Shown: one piece after another, positions 56,725-64,000 of the stretch
Layout of the letters: each line of letters begins with the position of its first letter
Numbering within the stretch: position 1 is the stretch's first letter
Assembly (NCBI GenBank): GCA_001824435.1
Contig: MHXH01000013.1
Span: 2,346 to 66,345, forward strand
DNA: 64,000 nt
Source: Parcubacteria group bacterium RIFCSPLOWO2_01_FULL_48_18
GTDB lineage: Bacteria; Patescibacteriota; Minisyncoccia; UBA6257; WO2-01-48-18
Reading direction: 5' to 3'
The notes under the pieces: generated by a model
Databases searched by the model: none
The model's input: only the letters and a program-made list of their open reading frames with translations
Told to the model about the DNA's origin: nothing
Made by a program: the position numbers and the translations under genes

Positions 56725-57714
56725 ATGACAATGTTGTTGCAGAGTGGTCTTATTATGAAAAAGCGCGTAGCCGTCACAAAAGTCTTAGTTACCGGAGGGG
56801 CGGGATATGTCGGTTCGGTTTTGGCTCCGATGCTCCTTAAACAGGGATATAGCGTTCGGGTATTAGATAATCTTTTGTGTCAGCGCAGTAATCTGCTTAC
56901 AGATTTTGTCTATGGAGGCCTCGAGTTTATCAAAGGAGATATACGGGATGCACAGGTAGTGCGGCGGGCGCTTGAGGGAGTTGAGTATATTGTTCATCTT
57001 GCCGCGATTGTGGGAGAGCCGGCGTGCCGGAAAAATGTTACATTGTGCCGTGATGTTAACACGGGAGGCAGCCGGCTTATCAATAAGCTTCGCAGGCCCG
57101 AACAAAAACTCATCTTTGTTTCAACAACGAGCATCTACGGGGACGCTGACGGCGCGCTTTGCGCCGAAGACGCTCCTCTTAAAACAGATACCGATTACGC
57201 AGTAAGCAAGTTTGAAGCGGAAAAAGATATACAGATAAAAGGCAATTACGTTATTTTTCGATTCGCAACTGCATTCGGCATCTCTCCTCGGCTTCGGCTC
57301 GATCTACTCCCGAACGATCTTACCTACCAAGCCGTTCACATGAAACGGATAATGATCCACGAACCGCAGTTTAAGCGTACCTTCATTCATGTGCGCGACA
57401 TGGCGAGGAGTTTTGTCTTTGCGATTGAAAACTTTTATCGCCTGAAGGATGGTACGTATAACGTTGGATCGGAAGAGATGAATCTTTCAAAAGTAGAAGT
57501 TGCGCTCCGGATTAAAAACAAGATTCCCTACGAACTGCAGTTTGTTGATACACAAGACATCGACCGCAGGAATTTCGAAGTTTCGTACGCGAAATTACGC
57601 GATAAGGGTTTTGAGTCTCGCATTGGATTGGAAGAAGGAATTGAAGAGGTTGCCCGCGGATGCCGGGACATCCGCAACCAGCGCCCTTTTTTAAACGAAG
57701 AATTTGTTTCTTAG
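56725..57714 (+). CDS. NAD-dependent epimerase/dehydratase (extended SDR)
   Basis: VLVTGGAGYVGS Rossmann motif, with YxxxK context later. The likely start is MKKRVAV. Confidence 0.7.
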   Translation: MTMLLQSGLIMKKRVAVTKVLVTGGAGYVGSVLAPMLLKQGYSVRVLDNLLCQRSNLLTDFVYGGLEFIKGDIRDAQVVRRALEGVEYIVHLAAIVGEPACRKNVTLCRDVNTGGSRLINKLRRPEQKLIFVSTTSIYGDADGALCAEDAPLKTDTDYAVSKFEAEKDIQIKGNYVIFRFATAFGISPRLRLDLLPNDLTYQAVHMKRIMIHEPQFKRTFIHVRDMARSFVFAIENFYRLKDGTYNVGSEEMNLSKVEVALRIKNKIPYELQFVDTQDIDRRNFEVSYAKLRDKGFESRIGLEEGIEEVARGCRDIRNQRPFLNEEFVS

Positions 57715-57786
57715 CGGTAGCTGTTGCATTTTTAAAGTAATGATGATAGCATGGTTTTAACGCTTAGGGGATTTTGAAGAACTATT

Positions 57787-58824
57787 ATGCAGCAAGAAAA
57801 AAAGAGTGTGCCAGAATTAAAACATAAAATCGCGCTTCTTACGGGAGTGACCGGACAGGATGGTTCGTACCTCTCGGAATTTCTATTGAAGAAAGGATAT
57901 GAAGTACACGGCGTTATCCGCCGCGCATCGGTGTTTAATACCGCTCGTATTGATCATCTTTTCCAAGATCCTCATGAAGAAAATAAACGATTCATTCTGC
58001 ACTACGGAGATTTGGCGGACGCAAACACCGTGCGAAAGCTTGTTTACCAAGTACAGCCAGATGAAGTTTATAATTTGGGTGCCCAGTCGCACGTGCGTGT
58101 GAGTTTCGATATACCAGAATATACCGCAAATATTACAGGTGTCGGGACGCTTCGGATTCTCGAAGCGATCAAAGACTTTCAAGAGCATACCGGAAAACTG
58201 GCGAAATTTTACCAGGCATCGAGTTCTGAAATGTTCGGATCCTCGCCTCCTCCGCAGAACGAACTTACATCCTTTCGTCCCCGGAGTCCCTATGGGATCG
58301 CAAAGGCTTTTTCATACTATACGACGGTAAATTATCGGGAGGCATACGGTCTTTTTGCATGCAATGGCATTTTATTTAATCACGAGTCAGAACGACGAGG
58401 AGAGACGTTCGTAACGAGAAAGATAGCTCGTGGCGTTGCGCGTATCAAAGCGGGGCTTGATAAAAAGATTTACCTCGGCAACTTGGATGCACGGCGTGAT
58501 TGGGGGTATGCACCGGAGTACGTTGAGGCGATGTGGCTTATGCTGCAACAAAGAGAACCGGAAGATTATGTGATCGGGACCGGTGAGTCGCATTCGGTGC
58601 GTGAACTTGTCGAGTTAGCATTTTCACGCGCCAGTATCCGCGCATGGCAGGATTACATAGGAATTGATCCGCGCTACTATCGACCTGCGGAGGTCGAGCA
58701 TTTAATAGCAGATCCCTCGAAAGCGCGGGTAAAGCTTGGATGGACACCAAAAACAAAGTTTCATGAGCTGGTAGAAAGAATGGTAGATGCGAGCCTCAAA
58801 GAGTATAATGTGTATGAGGCATAA
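57787..58824 (+). CDS. gmd: GDP-mannose 4,6-dehydratase
   Basis: [45 protein letters not shown]...[34 protein letters not shown] is a very typical GMD sequence. Confidence 0.9.
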   Translation: MQQEKKSVPELKHKIALLTGVTGQDGSYLSEFLLKKGYEVHGVIRRASVFNTARIDHLFQDPHEENKRFILHYGDLADANTVRKLVYQVQPDEVYNLGAQSHVRVSFDIPEYTANITGVGTLRILEAIKDFQEHTGKLAKFYQASSSEMFGSSPPPQNELTSFRPRSPYGIAKAFSYYTTVNYREAYGLFACNGILFNHESERRGETFVTRKIARGVARIKAGLDKKIYLGNLDARRDWGYAPEYVEAMWLMLQQREPEDYVIGTGESHSVRELVELAFSRASIRAWQDYIGIDPRYYRPAEVEHLIADPSKARVKLGWTPKTKFHELVERMVDASLKEYNVYEA

Positions 58825-58900
58825 CGAAGTCGTAGCCGCTGGTTAAACCAAACAGCATTAAGGGTGGTTGGTAGGATAAACCGGCTCGCGGTTATTTTTT

Positions 58901-59998
58901 ATGATATCGCTTGCGGCAGTTAATATAACCGAAAAAACGAAAGAGTTAATGAATACGGCTCTCCGCGACGGAGAGATTGGACAGGGCCGGTATATTGCAG
59001 AATTTGAAGATGCGATTAAAAATTTCGTAGGAATAAAATACGCAGTTGCCGTCGCGTCCGGCACCGTTGCCGATGCGATTATCCTTGCGGCTTTAAAGTA
59101 TCTGCGGCCAGAAAAAAACGAGGTTATCCTGCCTGCCCTTACCTTTATCGCGCATGTAAATGCAACGTATTACAATCAGCTCACGCCCGTATTTGTTGAC
59201 GCGACGGCCGATTTACAAATCGACGCGTCGCAGATTGAGAGGAAAATAACAAAGAACACGCTTGCCATTATGCCGGTTGATCTCCTCGGGAATCCTGCCC
59301 CGATGGACGAGATCCTTTTTTTTGCGCAAAAACATGACCTCTTTGTTGTTACCGATTCCTGTGAGGCATTCGGCGCGAAGTATAAAGGGGGAATGGCGGG
59401 CGCCATATCGCATGCCGGGACATATTCGTTTTTTCCATCGCATACGATTACATGCGGCGAGGGCGGAATGATCGTGACAAACGATGAGAAAATAGCCGGA
59501 CTTGCCGTTCAGCTCCGAAATCACGGACGGAAAAGCAATGCCATCGAGGACAAATTTACTTTTCCGATGATCGGTTTTAATGGAAAAATGAATTGCTTGG
59601 AAGCCATTATCGGTCTCGGCGCCGTTGAGTCTTTGCCTAAATACATCAAGGCACGGCACGAGGCCTACCTATATCTGAAGAATGGATTGGGCGTTGATAT
59701 TTTGCGCGATTCAAAGGATAAGTATATCGTTCCGCACGGATTTCCTCTATTGTTCAAAAACCGAGCGGAACGGGACGCGATGCTGAAGAAGATATTCAGA
59801 GCGGGCATTGAATGCAGGAAGATTTTCAGTTCGATACCGACGCAAGAAGAATCATACCTGTTTTTAGGATATAAAAAGGGAAAGTTTCCGGTTGCGGAAG
59901 ATATTGCGAACCGCGGCTTGTATCTGCCGGCGCATCAGAACTTGAGTGAAGATGATTTGGAAGAAATCGTCCGCGTCGTAAAGCCACTTCTTTCATAA
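58901..59998 (+). CDS. DegT/DnrJ/EryC1/StrS-family PLP-dependent sugar aminotransferase (GDP-perosamine synthase-like by context)
   Basis: 365-aa aspartate-aminotransferase-fold enzyme. It sits between gmd and fcl. Confidence 0.7.
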   Translation: MISLAAVNITEKTKELMNTALRDGEIGQGRYIAEFEDAIKNFVGIKYAVAVASGTVADAIILAALKYLRPEKNEVILPALTFIAHVNATYYNQLTPVFVDATADLQIDASQIERKITKNTLAIMPVDLLGNPAPMDEILFFAQKHDLFVVTDSCEAFGAKYKGGMAGAISHAGTYSFFPSHTITCGEGGMIVTNDEKIAGLAVQLRNHGRKSNAIEDKFTFPMIGFNGKMNCLEAIIGLGAVESLPKYIKARHEAYLYLKNGLGVDILRDSKDKYIVPHGFPLLFKNRAERDAMLKKIFRAGIECRKIFSSIPTQEESYLFLGYKKGKFPVAEDIANRGLYLPAHQNLSEDDLEEIVRVVKPLLS

Positions 59999-60049
59999 AA
60001 ATTTCACGACGAGCAGATTGTATAAAACTAATAAGGTTCAAAAACGGAT

Positions 60050-60988
60050 TTGAAAAATAAAAAAATTCTTATTACTGGAGGGGGCGGTTTTCTTGGTTCG
60101 TTTCTTATCGAGAAACTTAAGGGCCGGGGTGTTCCCGCGGAGAACATTTTTGTTCCCGAACTTCCTGAATATGATTTTCGGAAACCCGATGATATTACTC
60201 GTGCCCTTGCGGCGCGGGGCACGCCCGATATTGTGATTCATCTGGCGGCTCGCGTAGGAGGTATCGGTTTCAATCAAAGGTTCCCCGGAGAGATCTTTTA
60301 CGATAATCTTATTATGGGAACCCAGCTTATGGATCTCGCCTACCGATTGGGTGTCGAAAAGTTTGTGGGCATCGGGACGATCTGCGCCTATCCGAAATTT
60401 ACGCCCGTGCCGTTTAAAGAAGAAGATTTGTGGAACGGCTACCCCGAAGAAACGAACGCTCCTTACGGCCTTTCAAAAAAAATGATGCTTGTTCAAGGAC
60501 AGGCATACCGTGCCCAGTATGGATGGAATTCGATACATCTTCTACCGGTGAATCTTTACGGACCCCGTGATCATTTTGATCCCGAGCGGTCGCACGTGAT
60601 CCCGGCGCTCATACGAAAGGTTGATGAGGCGAAAAAGGCAGGAAAGGATCATATTGAAGTATGGGGAACGGGTAAGGCGACGCGCGAGTTTTTATATGTC
60701 GATGATGCCGCCGAAGGAATTACTCTTGCAGCCGAGCGATACGACGGTGGAGAGCCGGTGAATTTGGGATCGGGAATGGAGATTTCAGTTAAGGACCTTA
60801 CGGAGATGATCTGTCGTCTTATGGATTTTAGGGGCGAGATCAAGTGGGATTCGTCTAAACCCGACGGTCAGCCGAAACGGAGACTCGACGTTTCGCGCGC
60901 AGAGAAATACTTCGGTTTTAAAGCGAAAGTCTCTTTCGAAGAGGGACTTCGAAGGACCATCGACTGGTATTTAAAGAGTAAGAAATAA
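60050..60988 (+). CDS. fcl: GDP-L-fucose synthase (GDP-4-keto-6-deoxymannose 3,5-epimerase/4-reductase)
   Basis: [12 protein letters not shown]...[31 protein letters not shown]...[10 protein letters not shown] matches the Fcl/WcaG pattern. Confidence 0.75.
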   Translation: MKNKKILITGGGGFLGSFLIEKLKGRGVPAENIFVPELPEYDFRKPDDITRALAARGTPDIVIHLAARVGGIGFNQRFPGEIFYDNLIMGTQLMDLAYRLGVEKFVGIGTICAYPKFTPVPFKEEDLWNGYPEETNAPYGLSKKMMLVQGQAYRAQYGWNSIHLLPVNLYGPRDHFDPERSHVIPALIRKVDEAKKAGKDHIEVWGTGKATREFLYVDDAAEGITLAAERYDGGEPVNLGSGMEISVKDLTEMICRLMDFRGEIKWDSSKPDGQPKRRLDVSRAEKYFGFKAKVSFEEGLRRTIDWYLKSKK

Positions 60989-60999
60989 ACCAATTTACT

Positions 61000-61398
61000 A
61001 TGAATTTCGTAACCGGATTGCTTGTGGTGTTGGCGGCGTTCATTACGGCGAGCGGACAGCTCTTAATGAAAAAAGGCTCACAGGTTTTGCACGAGGTTTT
61101 GAGTCTTGGAGGCGACTATAGCGTGGGTCATAAGCTGTTTAAAAAGATGCTCGTGATACTTCTTGAGCCTCATATTGTGATCGCGCTCATCCTGTATTTT
61201 TCTGGGCTTTTTCTGTGGCTTAAGATTCTTACGCGAGCGGAGTTGAGTCATGTGTACCCCGTCCTTATCAGCCTCGTCATCGTTGTTACAAGCATACTTT
61301 CATTTTTTCTTTTTAAGGAATCCGTGACCGGATTTAAAATTGCTGGCGTCATTTTTATTATTGTAGGGATTTTTCTTATAACACAGGGGGCGAAGTAG
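61000..61398 (+). CDS. small multidrug-resistance/EamA-like 4-TM transporter (ArnE/ArnF-like undecaprenyl-sugar flippase subunit)
   Basis: 132 aa with four hydrophobic helices. Confidence 0.5.
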   Translation: MNFVTGLLVVLAAFITASGQLLMKKGSQVLHEVLSLGGDYSVGHKLFKKMLVILLEPHIVIALILYFSGLFLWLKILTRAELSHVYPVLISLVIVVTSILSFFLFKESVTGFKIAGVIFIIVGIFLITQGAK

Positions 61399-61464
61399 GA
61401 TGTTTAAATACTGATAGGGACTTGCCATTGTGTACGCTAATAACCGAACCATAGCTCAATTTAC

Positions 61465-62454
61465 ATGAAAACCCTTGTTACCGGCGGAGCAGGTTTTATA
61501 GGATCTCATCTGGTGGAGCGTTTGCTTGTTGACGGCCACGAAGTTGTCGTCGTCGACAACTTTTGTACGGGCCTCGAAGCCAACCTCGCTGCGGTTAAAA
61601 ACAATTCACGGCTCAAGATTTGTAATGAAGACGTCGCCGATTTTAATGGTATTAAAAACTATTTTGGCGATATTGATTGGGTATTCCATCTTGCGGCGTT
61701 GACCTCGCTTGTGCCGTCCGTTGAGAAGCCGCTTGATTATTTTCGCAGCAACGTTCTCGGAACCGCGTCGGTACTTGAAGCGAGTAGAAAAGCAGGAGTA
61801 AAACGTTTTGTCTATACTGCTTCAAGCAGCTGTTATGGTATTCCTGACAAGCATCCGACGGAAGAGGCCGCGCCTATCAGGAACGAGTATCCTTACGCGG
61901 CGACAAAGTATATGGGTGAACTTTTTTCGCTTCACTACTCGCGAGTATATAAATTACCCGTTGTTTCACTGCGTCTTTTTAATGTATATGGCCTCCGCGT
62001 CCGTACTGATTCAGGATACGGGGCTGCGCTCGGGGTTTTCCTCGCGCAGAAAGCAAACTATAAGCCCTTTACCGTCGTTGGCGACGGTACCCAGACGCGA
62101 GATTTTGTGTTCGTGACGGATGTGGTAGATGCATTTGTAAGGGCGGCGGCGTCGGATTGTGCGGGAGAGGTTTTTAATGTAGGTTCTGGTAATCCTCAAA
62201 GCGTAAACAGGATGATAGAATTATTAGGACCGAACGATATCGTGTATGTTCCTAAAAGGCCCGGCGAACCCGACCAAACCTTCGCAGATGTCGGTAAAAT
62301 AAAAAAGGCATTGGGATGGGAACCGTGCGTGTCTTTTGATGAGGGGCTTGGTATTATTATGAAGCACGCCGGTGACTGGAAGGATGCTCAGGTATGGACG
62401 CCGGAGAAAATTCAAGAAGCAACGGCATCGTGGTTCCAGCATCTTAAGAAATAA
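61465..62454 (+). CDS. NAD-dependent epimerase/dehydratase (UDP-glucuronate decarboxylase/UDP-glucose 4-epimerase-like SDR)
   Basis: MKTLVTGGAGFIGSHLVERLL...VVVDNF. Confidence 0.75.
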   Translation: MKTLVTGGAGFIGSHLVERLLVDGHEVVVVDNFCTGLEANLAAVKNNSRLKICNEDVADFNGIKNYFGDIDWVFHLAALTSLVPSVEKPLDYFRSNVLGTASVLEASRKAGVKRFVYTASSSCYGIPDKHPTEEAAPIRNEYPYAATKYMGELFSLHYSRVYKLPVVSLRLFNVYGLRVRTDSGYGAALGVFLAQKANYKPFTVVGDGTQTRDFVFVTDVVDAFVRAAASDCAGEVFNVGSGNPQSVNRMIELLGPNDIVYVPKRPGEPDQTFADVGKIKKALGWEPCVSFDEGLGIIMKHAGDWKDAQVWTPEKIQEATASWFQHLKK

Positions 62455-62457
62455 AAG

Positions 62458-63558
62458 ATGATTATTAGTTTTTCTATGGGAGTTTTTTCTCGAAAAAGTT
62501 CTACAGATGAAGCCGTATCGTTTCCCCCAGAGACAGAAAGTTTTCTTAACGATTTCAAGGGGCGGCATTCTTTTGATAGCGTAATGGATTTTCTCAATGC
62601 ATTAAAGAATCAAAAGGTGCTGGTGATAGGAGATACCATCATTGACGAATATCATTACTGCAAGCCGCTTGGCATGTCCGCCAAAGAAAATCTTATCTCC
62701 GTTAATTACGAAAGCGAAGAAAGTTTCGCGGGCGGCGCAGTCGCGACCGTAAGTCATGTTGCAGGATTCGTAAAAGAGGTTGGACTGTTCAGTCTGTTGG
62801 GGAAGGATAATTCCCGTGAAGATTTTATCCGCGAGCGGCTCGGAAATAACGTTCGGCCGCATTTTGTCTATCGCGACGATGGCCCCACCGTTACAATACG
62901 GCGATATATTGAGAAAATTTTTCTGAAGAAATACTTCCAGCTGTATTTTCATAATCCGTTCATACCAGAGGCGCTCGATAAACACATCGCACAGAAACTC
63001 GAGCCGCTGCTTGATGAATACAAAACCGTTTTAGTAAACGATTTCGGGCTTGGTTTTTTGGGAACACACGCCATTAACGTAATTTGCCGGAAGGCGAGGT
63101 TTTTGGCGGTAAATACTCAAACCAACAGTTCTAACCGTGGATTTAATTTTATTACGAAATATCCGCGCATGGATTACGGATGTATTGATCATGTCGAAAT
63201 ACGTTTAGCGACTCAAAACCGGCATGCCTCTATCAGCGATTTGGTGCAAGAAATTTCTCGGGCTGTAGCGGCGCGGTATTTTTCGGTTACGATGGGACAT
63301 CTGGGGGCGATTACTTACGATGCGGAGAAGAAAGAGGTTTTTGAAATCCCGGTTTTCTCCCAAAAAGTTATAGACCGCGTGGGTGCGGGTGATGCGTTTT
63401 TCTCGATTACCGCGCCGCTTGTCGCGATGGGCGTGCCGATGGATGCCGTGGGATTCATCGGAAACACCATGGGCGCAATCGCGGTTACGATTGTGGGCAA
63501 TGAACGCTCCATCGGGCGTAATGAGCTTTCGAGGTGGATGAGCACGCTTTTGAAATGA
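62458..63558 (+). CDS. PfkB-family carbohydrate kinase (RfaE domain I / sugar-phosphate kinase-like)
   Basis: VLVIGDTIIDEY...GGAVA and C-terminal DRVGAGDAFFS (the PfkB DTxGAGD signature). Confidence 0.7.
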   Translation: MIISFSMGVFSRKSSTDEAVSFPPETESFLNDFKGRHSFDSVMDFLNALKNQKVLVIGDTIIDEYHYCKPLGMSAKENLISVNYESEESFAGGAVATVSHVAGFVKEVGLFSLLGKDNSREDFIRERLGNNVRPHFVYRDDGPTVTIRRYIEKIFLKKYFQLYFHNPFIPEALDKHIAQKLEPLLDEYKTVLVNDFGLGFLGTHAINVICRKARFLAVNTQTNSSNRGFNFITKYPRMDYGCIDHVEIRLATQNRHASISDLVQEISRAVAARYFSVTMGHLGAITYDAEKKEVFEIPVFSQKVIDRVGAGDAFFSITAPLVAMGVPMDAVGFIGNTMGAIAVTIVGNERSIGRNELSRWMSTLLK

Positions 63559-64000
63559 GATATATTTTCCCGACAACGCTCTTTTTCTTTACACGGATAG
63601 TTTTTATTGGCGTTTTTTTCGGCGCCCTGTTTTTGTTTTTTCTTACTGTTTCTCCCGCTCACGCCGCCAACACCCATTCCATTTCTTTTGATGGCGTCGA
63701 CGACGAGGTGATGTATGGAACCAACACCTTTAACTTTGTAAGCTCAACAACTCCTTTCACTTTCGAATTCTGGCAGAAAAGCACGACAACGGCCACGAAT
63801 GCGACGATATTCTCGAAACGGATAAACCCGCCCGGAGGCGCCGGGTATACATTCTACGCGACTGAAAACGGCGATGTCCGGGCCTTTTCCTATGATTGCC
63901 GTCATGATGGAGGCGCTGAAGTCCAGCAATACACTCTCCATGTAAGTTCAAGCGACAATCTCTGGCGCCACTATGCGGCTGTCAAAGATATGGGTACCGC
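63555..64000 (+). CDS. secreted LamG/concanavalin-like domain protein, N-terminal part (continues past window end)
   Basis: MRYIFPTTLFFFTRIVFIGVFFGALFLFFLTVSPAHA signal peptide, then SFDGVDDEVMYGTNTFNF...TFEFWQKS, a LamG_3-like motif. The frame stays open to the edge. Confidence 0.55.
   Translation, partial: MRYIFPTTLFFFTRIVFIGVFFGALFLFFLTVSPAHAANTHSISFDGVDDEVMYGTNTFNFVSSTTPFTFEFWQKSTTTATNATIFSKRINPPGGAGYTFYATENGDVRAFSYDCRHDGGAEVQQYTLHVSSSDNLWRHYAAVKDMGT

Overview
This 64 kb window appears to come from a small-genome bacterium, probably a CPR/Patescibacteria-like lineage. That placement is an inference from gene content: a secretin-less type IV pilus locus, many O-antigen-ligase/TPR paralogs, giant LTD-containing surface proteins, and ~50% GC.

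Positions 1–19.5 kb are almost all minus-strand. They hold gatA (partial), gatC, ligA, and a complete type IV pilus / competence-pilus locus: pilM-N-O plus a PilP-like gene, pilB, pilT, pilC, two tandem major-pilin paralogs, prepilin peptidase pilD, and four pseudopilin-like genes. comFC is divergent from pilM. A P-type ATPase and a sugar nucleotidyltransferase follow.

The middle of the window holds two hypothetical genes, a histidine kinase with an orphan receiver protein, a GT39 glycosyltransferase, a NUDIX hydrolase, tRNA-Val, the CCA-adding enzyme, a tRNA-Pro with flanking pseudo-tRNA fragments, a pair of nuclease-like genes, a GT4 glycosyltransferase, clpB behind a textbook sigma-70 promoter, and galU.

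The right half holds three paralogous O-antigen-ligase-like membrane proteins with TPR tails, a 1167-aa repeat-rich surface protein with a peptidoglycan-binding domain, and a PaaX-like regulator (wHTH plus Cas2/PaaX_C-like domain). It also holds a 1487-aa secreted protein combining a Zn-dependent phospholipase C / P1-nuclease-like domain with lamin-tail domains, and a GDP-sugar cluster (gmd, DegT aminotransferase, fcl, epimerases, PfkB kinase).

The most unusual sequence-level signals are these:
- Nearly every intergenic spacer in the pilus locus is built from tandem 7-nt repeats arranged as imperfect hairpins.
- Four long perfect or near-perfect palindromes (30–46 bp) share the core ATGCTATAGCAT. 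They sit upstream of the PaaX-like regulator, the nuclease/PLC-like giant gene and an O-antigen-ligase paralog, and look like an operator regulon.
- Four perfect DnaA boxes (TTATCCACA) lie in intergenic DNA, two next to iteron-like direct repeats.
- A ~135-bp structured repeat occurs twice, each copy immediately after a stop codon.
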